A stretch of DNA of 64,000 nt from a virus. Lineage: Duplodnaviria; Caudoviricetes. The position numbers and the translations under genes were made by a program. The stretch covers positions 2,163-66,162 of IMG/VR virus record IMGVR_UViG_3300024290_000003; one strand, 5' to 3'. A model generated the notes under the pieces. It made no database searches. It was not told the origin of the DNA and worked only from the letters and a program-made list of their open reading frames with translations. Below, piece by piece: positions 49,660-59,622 of this stretch (position 1 is the stretch's first letter; every line of letters starts with the position of its first letter).

Positions 49660-49949
49660 AAGGCACAGATTTTGTTGATCTAACTCAGGAAGTAATCGCC
49701 AACAAGGCCGTGTTTTGCCCGCGTTGCGGTAAAAATCCACTTATCATTGGATGGGAAAACACGCTGTTCGCTGTCGTGTGTCCCGATGGCATATCGTCGA
49801 TACCGCCTATTGTCCCGTTATGCCAATGTCACCACAACATCGAAGCTGCGATCACGGCGTGGAATTCAATGAGCCTTCCTCAGCTTTGTATGGAGCTACC
49901 AGCCGAAACAGTTGAGCGACATCCTGCTGAAGTGTGGTGGATGAAATGA
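49656..49949 (+). CDS. Lar-like Zn-ribbon protein
   Basis: CPRCG...C...EAAITAWN. Confidence 0.55.
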   Translation: MKGTDFVDLTQEVIANKAVFCPRCGKNPLIIGWENTLFAVVCPDGISSIPPIVPLCQCHHNIEAAITAWNSMSLPQLCMELPAETVERHPAEVWWMK

Positions 49950-50260
49950 CGAACGTTGTTGACTTAACTCAGGAACTGATTGGCTACAACGCCGTGTGCT
50001 GCCTGCGTTGCGGTAAAAAGCCTCGCGTCTTTGGATCGGGCGATCTGGGAAAACTCGGCAATGGTTTATTCAGTATCGTCTGCTGCCATGGCACCAACTC
50101 TTACACGTCCATCGAATCGGCGATTGAGGCGTGGAATCAGATGAACCCTGCGCCCGTTATTGCAGAGGCGCAGCACACAGCCGAGCAACCGGAGCAACTG
50201 GAGCCGCTGAGTGCTCGCCTGCGCCGTTTGGCCGATGAAGCTGAGGAGCGGGGATTGTAA
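49946..50260 (+). CDS. Lar-like Zn-ribbon protein (paralog)
   Basis: CLRCG...ESAIEAWN; shares VDLTQE start with previous gene. Confidence 0.55.
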   Translation: MTNVVDLTQELIGYNAVCCLRCGKKPRVFGSGDLGKLGNGLFSIVCCHGTNSYTSIESAIEAWNQMNPAPVIAEAQHTAEQPEQLEPLSARLRRLADEAEERGL

Positions 50261-50261
50261 A

Positions 50262-51107
50262 TTGCCCTGGACACCGCATCAGGCCATAAAGCACAACAAG
50301 GCCGCAAAGCTCAAAGGTTTGCAGCACCAGTGGAGCGATGTCGCTAACAGCGTGCTCCAGCGAACGGGCGATGATGCGCAGGCTATCCGCACGGCGAACG
50401 GGGTTTTGAAGAAAGAACGGGCGGCAGGAACGAAAGTGAGAGTGAGGCATCCATGAGAGTCGAACGGCGATGGTTCTTTAGATTATTGGCTGGCTTGATA
50501 CCGGGATTGGCCAGCGCGGGGCAGGAAAAGGAAATCGACAAGATCAGGGCCACCGATGGGTACGACGTAATGACCCCGGCTCCGAGAATATTAGGGGTTG
50601 AAATCCCAACCGATCTTGATGAGACGGATGAGTTCATAATATTTCGAACCATCGGCCCAGACGGAGATAAAGAGCACAAAATTCCGTGGTACGGGTTGCA
50701 TTACGCACTCCATTACGGCCATCTCAATCACCTGTGGCCGTCATCGAAATTAGTCGCGGGTCACTCCCATGGTATTCAATCGGGGAAACGTCATGATGAA
50801 TAGAGGCAGAGGCTATGAAGGAATCAACCGCGCGGTCGGCCATAAGACCGGTCGTCCTAGAGAAACGCATCCATCCGTCCGCAATGAGCCGCTCAAAGCA
50901 GACGAAACCACCATGGCCGGTCCTGCGCGAGACCCTGAGAGCTGGGCCTCCGACGGCTACGGCTTCACCGAGCACGGCCCGACCGAGTGGGACTCCAAAT
51001 CGGGCGACAGCCAGGACGACGGCAACGCCTCGATGATGATGCGCTCGATGCCGAAAAAGAAGCCGATGCGCGGCATGGCGCGGAAGATGAGCGGATTGCA
51101 GAGGTGA
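50262..51107 (+). other. Three small ORFs (50262-50456 basic, ChaB-like; 50453-50803; 50793-51107)
   Basis: PWTPHQA...QWSDVANSVL...AIRTAN motif; coupling. Confidence 0.5.
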
Positions 51108-51111
51108 CACG

Positions 51112-51642
51112 ATGAACCCGCAAATTCTGATGGCGTTAATGCAGCAGTTCCGTAATCAGCAGCAAGGCGGTGGCGGCAATGGCTGGGGCGGCGGTGGATA
51201 CGGCGGCGGTCAGGGCGGAAGCGGCTGGGGCTACCCGCCGTCACGCGATCCGAATTACTACCAGAATTACGCGCAGCAAAATCAGAACCAAAATTATGGG
51301 TCTGGCGGTGAAGACCCATCGTCCTATGGCCATCCCTATGGCGGCGGGTATGGTTACGGTGGCGGGTATCAGGGAAACGGCGGCGGGTTCGGATTCGGCC
51401 AGCAGCAGCGCAATCCCTGGGGTGGTGGGGGTTGGGGCGGCGGTTGGGGCAACAACTACTATCAAAATCGGATGCGCCAACCTCAAGATCAGCGTCCAAT
51501 CAACGACGCCGCGCCCGCAGCTACAGAGACCGCTCAGTCAGGCAGTGCCGATCAGAGCGCCGCGCCGAGCAACAGTTCCGGTTCAATGCAGTGGCCGCGA
51601 ATGAGCGGTATGTTCGGCCGCAGACAGGCCTACGAATTTTAG
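51112..51642 (+). CDS. Gly/Gln/Tyr/Asn low-complexity (prion-like) protein
   Basis: GAGGTG RBS; GGGYGGG, YYQN and WGGGGWGGGWG repeats. Confidence 0.7.
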   Translation: MNPQILMALMQQFRNQQQGGGGNGWGGGGYGGGQGGSGWGYPPSRDPNYYQNYAQQNQNQNYGSGGEDPSSYGHPYGGGYGYGGGYQGNGGGFGFGQQQRNPWGGGGWGGGWGNNYYQNRMRQPQDQRPINDAAPAATETAQSGSADQSAAPSNSSGSMQWPRMSGMFGRRQAYEF

Positions 51643-51657
51643 CAAAGGAGAAGTACA

Positions 51658-51963
51658 ATGCCAGTCAAATTCACAGTCGATCACGTCAAGGCGGCGCAGC
51701 AGCAGGCCGAACTCATTCGCCTTCTTTTCGATGAACTCCGGCGGTTTGCCAACGAGAGCACACACATGGATGACCCGTTGCATCCGGCGCGGCTCGAAGC
51801 CAAAACCATCCTCGACAGTTCCAAGTTCCGCGACATGCCCGATGCTCTGCTGTCTCTCAGCAAGGCTCTGGTCGTGTTTCAAGCGAAGTACGACGGACTG
51901 GCCGGCGCAGAGGAAGCCTCAAAAACTCCCGCTAAGCCCGCGCCAGCGCCGGCCAAGGTATAG
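51658..51963 (+). CDS. Hypothetical protein
   Basis: AAGGAG RBS. Confidence 0.65.
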   Translation: MPVKFTVDHVKAAQQQAELIRLLFDELRRFANESTHMDDPLHPARLEAKTILDSSKFRDMPDALLSLSKALVVFQAKYDGLAGAEEASKTPAKPAPAPAKV

Positions 51964-51967
51964 CGCC

Positions 51968-52378
51968 ATGCTGGGCATGTACAACCGCTCGAAACGCAAC
52001 GGCGGCTTCCTGTCGGGGCCGAACCATCGGCTGTTGGGCAACGACGATCAGATGTCGCGTGCCGCAGCCATGCAGGAGCCGGATCAGGACGATTCCGGTT
52101 CCGGTATGGCGCTCAAAGACGATGACACCGATGATCAGGAGCACCAGGGCGGCGGCAAGGACGCCGCTCCCAACTACCGCAAGGCCGATGGAATGGACGA
52201 TTGCGGCGGATGCATCCATTTCGATCACAGCCAGGGCGAGTGCAAGATGTACGACTTCCCGACGACCGCCGACATGGTGTGCGATTCCTACAAGCCTGAA
52301 GGCGACGAAATGAACCCGGCGGGCGGCGACGGCATGACGATGCCGCAGGCGAACACGGTCGGCAGCCCGCCGTACTGA
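51968..52378 (+). CDS. Acidic protein with HiPIP-like four-Cys motif
   Basis: PNYR...CGGCIHF...CKMY...VCDSY. Confidence 0.55.
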   Translation: MLGMYNRSKRNGGFLSGPNHRLLGNDDQMSRAAAMQEPDQDDSGSGMALKDDDTDDQEHQGGGKDAAPNYRKADGMDDCGGCIHFDHSQGECKMYDFPTTADMVCDSYKPEGDEMNPAGGDGMTMPQANTVGSPPY

Positions 52379-52379
52379 C

Positions 52380-53048
52380 GTGCCGCGCAAAAAGACCACG
52401 CCGCAAGGCTACAGCCACGTCCTGCTCGCGCGGGAAATCTGGCGCGAGTACGAAGATAAGCGCCCCAGCCCAGGCGAGTACGATAACTGGGTCCGCGAAA
52501 CCGCTGCCAAGTTCGAAGTTGATGAATCGCTCATCCGGCAGCAACTCGCCACGCAAGCCCGCGCTTTCCGGGCCAATAAAAAGAGCGTCGAGGCCACAGT
52601 AGCGCAGCAGGTCGCCGAACTGGTCGGAGCGACGCAGGAAAAGGCGCTGCTGACGCTCGCAGCCGGTCTCGAAGCCGGGATCGCCAAGCCGCTACTCGAC
52701 AAGAGCGGCAAGCCGATCCTCGATGAGGACACCGGCAAACCGATGGTGTTCGAGGTCCCAGACTGGGTAGCGCGAATCGCGGCCGTCAAAGAGATCAACA
52801 AGATTTATGGAGCCTACGCGCCTTCTCAGGTCGAGATCAAGGAAGAGAAGCACGTCTTCCATCACCTCAGTGAAGCGGAGTTGATGCAGAGAGCACATGA
52901 ACTCGCCATCGACATTAGTCGACTTGCAACGGAAGGTTCTCGAACAGGAGAAATTACGGGACGAACTGACCTACCGGAAGCTGGAAAAGGACGCGCTTTA
53001 CTGGCTGACCCATCACACAAAGACGAAGGACGAACAAGACCCAGTTAA
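52380..53048 (+). CDS. Terminase small subunit candidate
   Basis: Directly upstream of TerL; PDWVARIAAVKEINKIYGAYAP and LSEAEL segments. Confidence 0.6.
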   Translation: MPRKKTTPQGYSHVLLAREIWREYEDKRPSPGEYDNWVRETAAKFEVDESLIRQQLATQARAFRANKKSVEATVAQQVAELVGATQEKALLTLAAGLEAGIAKPLLDKSGKPILDEDTGKPMVFEVPDWVARIAAVKEINKIYGAYAPSQVEIKEEKHVFHHLSEAELMQRAHELAIDISRLATEGSRTGEITGRTDLPEAGKGRALLADPSHKDEGRTRPS

Positions 53049-53592
53049 TCCGTACAAGCCCTTCCCCGATAAGCCCTATTTCAAGCCAATCATCGAGGTT
53101 CTGGAGAACGAAAGCCCGGTTTTCCTGCGCAAGAGCCGCACGATGATGATTTCGTGGCTCGTAAGCGGCTGGGCGGCCCATAAAGGCTTCACGAAACCGG
53201 CGACGCGGGTCATTTTCCAGTCTGAGGACGAAGATCGCGCCATCAACGACATCGAGTATGTCAAGCAGCTTTGGAAAAACTCCGATCCATGGATTCGGGA
53301 CCGTTGGCCGGCTCGAAAGAACGTCGATTTGCAGCCGCGGGACTCGTTTGAACTGGCGAACGACAGTAGTTTCATTGCGCTGGTAGGGAATCCGTCGAAG
53401 ATCCGCTCGTTTCACCCGACGATTTACGTTCTGGATGAAGCCGCGCACGTTGAGCAGGGCGAGGAAAGCTGGAACGTGGCCATGGCGACCGAGGCGCTGC
53501 ATATGATCGGGCTATCGAGCGTCGCTCCGGGATGGTTCCAAGACGTTATCGAGTTTGCAACCCCGGTAGATTGGCCAAAATACGCACTGTGA
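52897..53592 (+). CDS. Terminase large subunit, ATPase domain only
   Basis: Walker A-type LRKSRTMMISW; Walker B YVLDEAAH; coupling motif GLSS. Confidence 0.8.
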   Translation: MNSPSTLVDLQRKVLEQEKLRDELTYRKLEKDALYWLTHHTKTKDEQDPVNPYKPFPDKPYFKPIIEVLENESPVFLRKSRTMMISWLVSGWAAHKGFTKPATRVIFQSEDEDRAINDIEYVKQLWKNSDPWIRDRWPARKNVDLQPRDSFELANDSSFIALVGNPSKIRSFHPTIYVLDEAAHVEQGEESWNVAMATEALHMIGLSSVAPGWFQDVIEFATPVDWPKYAL

Positions 53593-54437
53593 TTGATTCC
53601 ATCTTCATCGTCGAGCCGCAAGGGTACGCACATCACTGCTTTGAGGAAGTCGCACTGGGCCTACACTACGGCGCGAAGGAACTGGGCCTCGATTGGCCGA
53701 TCCATCGCGGACCTGTTCCACATGGAACATCGCCGCTGATCCTGGGCGCGTGCCTGCTGCCCAATTTTGCGGGCATCCCGAAAAGTGCGGTGATCTTCAA
53801 TCTGGAGCAGTGTCCCGGTCAGTGGTTCGACCGTCCAGCCTATTGCGAATTGCTGATGTCGCATGAGGTCTGGGACTACGACGCTGGCAACATCGCGGCG
53901 CTGCGTGGGATCGGCATCAACGCGAAGCTGTGCCGGATCGGTTACGTACCGCAACTGTCGCGTATTGAAAAGCTCGATGAAGACATTGATGTTCTGTTCT
54001 ATGGTTCTCTAAATCTTCGCAGGATCGCCACCGTCATGCGGATGGGCAGCCGATATATGCAAATTTATACTGGCTCGCAAACTTGCGGTGAACGACTTTA
54101 CGGCGAAGAACGCGATAAAGCCATCGCCTCGGCGAAAATCGTTCTGAACCTGCACTACTATCCGGCGGCACGCTTCGAGATTGTGCGCTGTTCCTATCTG
54201 CTGGCCAACAAGAAATGCGTCGTGAGCGAGCGCGGAGCCAGCCCCGAGTATGAACAAGAATTCGCCGACGGTATCGCGTGGGCCGATTACGGCGATCTCG
54301 AAGCCAAGTGTGCGGAGTTACTTGCGAATCCCGCAGAACGTGAGCGCATCGCGCAAAACGGCTTCGACACGTTCTCGAAGATGAAGCAGTCCGACTATCT
54401 CGCAGAAGCACTATGCTTACAGCCCCAACCGGCGTAA
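53589..54437 (+). CDS. Glycosyltransferase (GT-B, CgeB/Glyco_trans_1_2-like)
   Basis: DIDVLFYGS, AKIVLNLH, FEIVRC, ERERIAQNG. Confidence 0.8.
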   Translation: MIDSIFIVEPQGYAHHCFEEVALGLHYGAKELGLDWPIHRGPVPHGTSPLILGACLLPNFAGIPKSAVIFNLEQCPGQWFDRPAYCELLMSHEVWDYDAGNIAALRGIGINAKLCRIGYVPQLSRIEKLDEDIDVLFYGSLNLRRIATVMRMGSRYMQIYTGSQTCGERLYGEERDKAIASAKIVLNLHYYPAARFEIVRCSYLLANKKCVVSERGASPEYEQEFADGIAWADYGDLEAKCAELLANPAERERIAQNGFDTFSKMKQSDYLAEALCLQPQPA

Positions 54438-55351
54438 TCCAGCCCTGCGAGGGGCTGTCGATGTGCCGCCTGAAGACCGGATACCCGGTAATCCGCGTCC
54501 ACTACACGGCGGACCCCGAAAAAGATGCGGATTGGGCCGCACGCGAAAAACCCAAGTTCTCCGATGCGTACTGGCAACAGGAATACGAGATCAACGCCTA
54601 TGCCCGGAGCGGCCAGCGCGTTTACCCGGAATTCGATCCCGCGATTCACGTTATCCCAGATGAGAAGATCCCGAAGCGTGGGACGCGCTACATGGCCATC
54701 GACCCGCACCCGCGCACGCCGCACGCCTTTCTCTGGGTGCTCATCGACCGCTGGAGCGATTGGTACGTCTACCGCGAACTCTGGCCGAGCGTCATCAGCG
54801 GAATCCCGGCCTCGCTTCGTGACGACACGCCGGAGAACAGCTACACCATTCGCGAATATGCCGAGACGTTGGCCCATCTCGAAGGCAACTACATCGAATG
54901 GCGCAACCCGGAGACGGATCGTGAGTACGGGATGTACCGCCGGAACGCCCTCGGCGAACGCATCGTTTATCGCTTCATGGATCAGGCCGGCAAAGGTTTT
55001 CAGGCTAGTTCAGAAGCTGAGCAACTGGAGACCTATGCCACGCGGTACCAGCGCTACGGCATCTATTGCCTAGACCCGAAGAAATCGCACAAGTCGGGCG
55101 AGGACGCGATCCGGGCGCTGCTCAAGCCGCGCAAGCACGACACGTACGGGACATGGCCGCGCCTGCACATTGCCGCGAGCTGCGTCGAGCAACGTTTGGA
55201 ATTTCAAAGATTTCGTTACAAGGTGACCCGCCGCTACAACGAAGAGCGGGAGTTGAAGCAAGAGGGGATTGAGGCGCGGTGCCATCTTCTCGATCTGCTG
55301 CGCTACCTGGCGACCGCGAACATCTCACACTCAGAATCCCTAGCATCGTAA
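54413..55351 (+). CDS. Terminase large subunit, lid plus RNase H-like nuclease domain
   Basis: VHYTADP, WQQEYEI, GQRVYPEF, YMAIDPH, HLLDLLRY. Confidence 0.8.
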   Translation: MLTAPTGVIQPCEGLSMCRLKTGYPVIRVHYTADPEKDADWAAREKPKFSDAYWQQEYEINAYARSGQRVYPEFDPAIHVIPDEKIPKRGTRYMAIDPHPRTPHAFLWVLIDRWSDWYVYRELWPSVISGIPASLRDDTPENSYTIREYAETLAHLEGNYIEWRNPETDREYGMYRRNALGERIVYRFMDQAGKGFQASSEAEQLETYATRYQRYGIYCLDPKKSHKSGEDAIRALLKPRKHDTYGTWPRLHIAASCVEQRLEFQRFRYKVTRRYNEERELKQEGIEARCHLLDLLRYLATANISHSESLAS

Positions 55352-55361
55352 GGAGAACTCA

Positions 55362-55742
55362 ATGGAAACCACTCTTCACACCGATTGTGGCGACGGCCGC
55401 CGTCGTGCCGATGTCGGCTCGGCGTTCAACGGAACGGCCCCTGTCGCCAAAACCGCCAACTATTCTATCGTGCCAACGGACGTCGGCACTTGCTTCACCA
55501 ACAAGGCGGCTGGCGGCACGGTCCAGTTCAAACTTCCCGCGCCGAAGTTCGGCATGTGGTTCATGTTCATCGTCACAGCGGCGCAGACGCTCGAAGTTTT
55601 ACCGAACGGCAGCGAGAAGATCAACAACGGCTCGACGAAGATCAGCGCCGCTGGATCGCAGGCGGGCGTTGGCGTGGCTTACGTGGTCTTCGACGGAACA
55701 CAGTGGAGCACGTTGCTGTCAGGAACGTGGACTACTTCGTAA
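55362..55742 (+). CDS. Small virion/decoration-like protein
   Basis: AAGGAG RBS; KTANYSI..TD...VQFKLP motif. Confidence 0.55.
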   Translation: METTLHTDCGDGRRRADVGSAFNGTAPVAKTANYSIVPTDVGTCFTNKAAGGTVQFKLPAPKFGMWFMFIVTAAQTLEVLPNGSEKINNGSTKISAAGSQAGVGVAYVVFDGTQWSTLLSGTWTTS

Positions 55743-55753
55743 ACCAGGCGTAA

Positions 55754-58081
55754 ATGGCGTCTCAAACCATTCCCGTTCCGGGCACGGTCAAACGTGCGCC
55801 CGATGGTCTCATCGAGGTCAACCGCAGTACCGGCGGCAACGACCAGAAGGATGACGATCGTGCGCAATTGATCGTGAACCGGCAGAAGCGCTCGTACTAC
55901 TGGCAGAAGGACAACTTCTATCCGCAGTTTGAGCAAGTGTACAAGTCGTACAAGTGCGAGCGCGATCCGGTTGCAAAGGATGACAAGCCGAACGAGGCCG
56001 ATCCGACACAGACATCAATCGGGATGCCCGATACGTGGATGGTGGTTCGCCGTACGGTGGCACGCATCACGGCGCAGATTCCGAATCTTCGATTCAACGC
56101 CAAAGATCCGATGATTTCGGAACTGGTAGCGCGAAGCCTGATGTACCAGTGGGATAAGAGCAAGACGCAGCGCATCCAGAAGATCCACGCAACGCAGGCG
56201 GCGCTATTCGGCATCAGCATTCGACCGTGGTTTTGGGCATCGGAGGATTACAAGCGCTTCCGGCGCGTGAATCCGATGAAGCCGCAGCTCGATCCGGCCG
56301 ATACGGACCAGATTATCGCTACTTATGGCGATGAACTGAAAAAGATGGCCGCCCAGCAGGGCTATTCGGTCGAGCAGGCGCTGGAGGACCCCAGTGTTCG
56401 ACCGATCATCATGGCGAACCTGCTGGCCGAGCATTCGCGCGGCGGAATGTTGCCGGTGAAGTACGAATACACCGGCTATGAGGGGCCGAAGTGCGACTTC
56501 CTGTTGATGGCAGATTGCTTCCCTGAGCCAAATTTCAGGTCGCTCCAGAGTTCCAACTGGTTCATCGTCGAGCGGAGGCGCAATCTGCAATGGATGGAGA
56601 AGTTCGTCGAGCGGTACCCCGATTTCCGGCGCGGGTTTCAAGCACTCATGGACAAGTACCCTGACGGCACTGTCTGGAACTACCAGAGCAACGAAGTAGC
56701 GGGGCTGCGGCGCCAGATGGAGAGTGCCATCGGGCGAACCAATAGCGCAAACCAGCAGTATGCTGAAGCCAAGACGAAAGAGTGGACGATTCAGGAACAG
56801 TGGGTTCCGGGTTATGAATCGACGCTCTCGATGGTTGGCGAAAAGAGCGTGTTCCTGGGCGAGATGCCCGCACCATACATGCTGGATGGGAAGATCCCGT
56901 TCACTGAATTGGTGCTGATCGAAGAACTCCTGAGTGGCGTCGGCGACTCGACCGCTCGCGTGATGCGCGGCTTGCAATTGCTCCATGATCGGCAGACGAA
57001 TACGCGCGTCGATTTGACCCACGATATTCTGCGACCGCTCTATGAGACCGATGACCCGGAACTGTACGAGAACGCCGAGAGCAAATTAGCGCGATTCTCC
57101 GGCGGCCGGCTGGTTCTGGTGCAGCGCCGCGGCAGCTTCGGAGTAGTCGGCGAACAGGCGGCAATGGCTGCTGTAGCGAATGGCCTCCAGGACGATCAGG
57201 CGATCAGCCGGTTGCTCCAGATGGTGAGCGGAGAGACCAATATGAGCATGGCCGCGAATGTGGACCCAAGCCAGTCCCGCACGGCTACCGGCGCTCGCAT
57301 CATGGCTTACAACCAGGATGTGCTGACGAAGGATCAAGTCGATTCGTTCAATAATTCGCTGAATGCCGACGCCGAAATGATGTTTCTGCTGAACCGTTCG
57401 GAATTATCCAGCGCAATTGAATTTCAGGCAGGCCAGTACCGGCGTCTCTATACCGAAGGCGAGGACATGATCCGCGAGGAATGGGTCAAGGCCGAGCCAG
57501 AGATGTTCCAGATCGACGGCGAGATCACGGCTGAAGTCGGCTCCACGCTGGCAGATGACGACGAAGCGAAAGTAACCAAAGCGACGAATCTGTTCCACGC
57601 CGCGACGCAGTTTCCGAATCTGCTCAATCCGAAGAAAGCGACGCAGGATTTCATCATTGCGATGGGCAAGGGCAAGGAACTCCAGCAGTGGGCACCGGAC
57701 CCGCAGCCTCCGCCGCCCGAAAAGGAAGTCAATACTAGCCTGACGATTGCGGCGAAATGGGAGAGCCTGACCCCGCAGGAAAAGCAGGCGATCATGAATC
57801 GAGCGCACGTTCAGATTCAGCTTGTGCCGCCGACAGATCCGCAATTGCAGCCACCGCAGCCGCCGCCTGATGTGGGCCCACCGCCCGGTGCCGGAGCGCC
57901 GGGGCCTGATGGTGGTGGCGGTCCTCCCCCCGGTCCTCCGAGCGGTCCAAGCGGCGGCGGACCTGCGCCGGAATCCGCTCCAGCGGGACCATCCGGCCCT
58001 GAGCCGTTGATTGCGGCATCGGCGCTCGCGGCGGCGCGTGGGCGATCTCCGTTAGGCGGGGCGCACGGATTGCCGCAATGA
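55754..58081 (+). CDS. Portal protein
   Basis: 775 aa after terminase; RTATGARI motif; Pro/Gly-rich tail. Confidence 0.8.
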   Translation: MASQTIPVPGTVKRAPDGLIEVNRSTGGNDQKDDDRAQLIVNRQKRSYYWQKDNFYPQFEQVYKSYKCERDPVAKDDKPNEADPTQTSIGMPDTWMVVRRTVARITAQIPNLRFNAKDPMISELVARSLMYQWDKSKTQRIQKIHATQAALFGISIRPWFWASEDYKRFRRVNPMKPQLDPADTDQIIATYGDELKKMAAQQGYSVEQALEDPSVRPIIMANLLAEHSRGGMLPVKYEYTGYEGPKCDFLLMADCFPEPNFRSLQSSNWFIVERRRNLQWMEKFVERYPDFRRGFQALMDKYPDGTVWNYQSNEVAGLRRQMESAIGRTNSANQQYAEAKTKEWTIQEQWVPGYESTLSMVGEKSVFLGEMPAPYMLDGKIPFTELVLIEELLSGVGDSTARVMRGLQLLHDRQTNTRVDLTHDILRPLYETDDPELYENAESKLARFSGGRLVLVQRRGSFGVVGEQAAMAAVANGLQDDQAISRLLQMVSGETNMSMAANVDPSQSRTATGARIMAYNQDVLTKDQVDSFNNSLNADAEMMFLLNRSELSSAIEFQAGQYRRLYTEGEDMIREEWVKAEPEMFQIDGEITAEVGSTLADDDEAKVTKATNLFHAATQFPNLLNPKKATQDFIIAMGKGKELQQWAPDPQPPPPEKEVNTSLTIAAKWESLTPQEKQAIMNRAHVQIQLVPPTDPQLQPPQPPPDVGPPPGAGAPGPDGGGGPPPGPPSGPSGGGPAPESAPAGPSGPEPLIAASALAAARGRSPLGGAHGLPQ

Positions 58082-58308
58082 CGGCGGAAAACATCCGCAC
58101 CGCGCACGGTCTCTGGGACAATCTGGCGTTTCGGGAATTTCTGGACGCATTCGTCGAAGAGGAAATGTCCGCACGGCTCCAGCGCCTGCGTATTAGCGTC
58201 CAGGACGGACAGCCTGTAGCGGCGGCGCTCATTGAGGGCGAAATCGCCGCGCTCGAATCGCTGCCCAAGATTTTCAAGAAGCACGCATCGAAGTATCAAC
58301 CAGCCTAA
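58078..58308 (+). CDS. Small post-portal protein
   Basis: IEGEIAALESLP motif; conserved position in podoviruses. Confidence 0.65.
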   Translation: MTAENIRTAHGLWDNLAFREFLDAFVEEEMSARLQRLRISVQDGQPVAAALIEGEIAALESLPKIFKKHASKYQPA

Positions 58309-58339
58309 GCCCGCGTGACACGCGGCAGAAAGACAAACC

Positions 58340-59611
58340 ATGGCAGATGTATTAGAAGCAACGCCCGACACAGGCAACGTAGAGGTCACCGAAAACTACG
58401 TCAGTGGAGTCCTGCTACCCGGAAGTTCAGGCTCCCTTGGCGATGCCGAGGAGCGACCGTCTGCGCCGGCTACGACACAACAGCCGGAGCCAGTCGCGCA
58501 ACCCGAGCCGGAAACGCAACAGGCGGAACCTGAGACCCAGGCAACCGCCGCTGCGGAGCCAACCGCCGAAGAATTGATCCAGCAATTCGCGAAGCAGACG
58601 GGTCTAAACCCAAACGACCCGGCGCAACGGAAGGTGCTGAAGCAACTCGCCGACAAGGAAGCTCACATCCGTAAGCTCGAAGCAGAGAATCGAGGCTTTC
58701 GAGAGCGCCCGGAGGAGGACAACCTTACCGAATGGGAACGTGCGCTTATCGAAGAGGCGAATGCAGCCGCGCAGCCAGCGATGGAGACAGCCGGAGCGAA
58801 ACCTGCCGCGCCAGCAGCCCAGCCTCAGCAAGCCGAAGCAGCGCAGAAACTTGGAGATGTTGGAGACAACTGGACAAAGGCAGAAGAGGCGTTCAAGGAT
58901 CTCAATGCAGCATGGGATCACGCGCAAAAGACCGGCGACCTGACCAAGGTACGCGACGTTGAGAATGCCATCTACATGCGGCAAACGCTGAACATGGGCG
59001 TGCCGATCATGGCCGACATTGCGCAGCGGGTGGTGATGGATATCATCCAGAAGCAATTCGGAGATATCCTGCCGAACGTCAAGCAGCAGGTTGAATTCCA
59101 GCAAGAAGTGCAGTCCAAAGAGTTCGCCATCCAGCAACTCAAGAAGACTCCGCAGTTCGCCCAAGTCGAGGAGATTTTCAAACCGCTTGGCGAGAAGCCG
59201 ATTGACATCGAGGGGCAGGAGTTCCCCGACAATGCTCTGAACCGCATCATTCGGGATCATCCGAGCATTCTCGATATCAGGGTTGACCGCCATCCGGTCT
59301 CAGGAAAATTCCTCACGTCGCAGCAGGCCCAAACTGCAACCAAGATCGCCCAGTACAAGACAGTGCTCGGAATTCATCGGATGCAGCAGAAGCAAGGTAT
59401 TGATCCGGCCAAGGCTCAGCAACTTGTCGAGGCTGGCAAGCGCATTACCGCGCGAAACCAGGCCGACAAGACGCGGCAGGGCATCAACGCCGGGTCCGGT
59501 GTAACGAACGCTCCTGGAGGCTCGCGAGAGTCGTCCAGCTACGTCGAGCAGTTGGTCAACGGCCAACCGGGTGGACCGCTTCCCTTCTCCTCGATCTTTG
59601 GCAATAAATAG
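58340..59611 (+). CDS. Capsid scaffolding protein
   Basis: Acidic, Gln/Glu/Ala-rich coiled coil directly before capsid gene. Confidence 0.7.
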   Translation: MADVLEATPDTGNVEVTENYVSGVLLPGSSGSLGDAEERPSAPATTQQPEPVAQPEPETQQAEPETQATAAAEPTAEELIQQFAKQTGLNPNDPAQRKVLKQLADKEAHIRKLEAENRGFRERPEEDNLTEWERALIEEANAAAQPAMETAGAKPAAPAAQPQQAEAAQKLGDVGDNWTKAEEAFKDLNAAWDHAQKTGDLTKVRDVENAIYMRQTLNMGVPIMADIAQRVVMDIIQKQFGDILPNVKQQVEFQQEVQSKEFAIQQLKKTPQFAQVEEIFKPLGEKPIDIEGQEFPDNALNRIIRDHPSILDIRVDRHPVSGKFLTSQQAQTATKIAQYKTVLGIHRMQQKQGIDPAKAQQLVEAGKRITARNQADKTRQGINAGSGVTNAPGGSRESSSYVEQLVNGQPGGPLPFSSIFGNK

Positions 59612-59622
59612 GGAGATCAGAA

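Noticed and set aside
52897-53048. Programmed frameshift fusing the TerS candidate to the TerL ATPase (152-nt overlap)
   Set aside because: No clear slippery heptamer seen; an independent ATG start is sufficient.
53589-54437. Intron or intein interrupting terminase
   Set aside because: The insert has glycosyltransferase motifs and its own start/stop overlaps; no splicing or homing endonuclease motifs.
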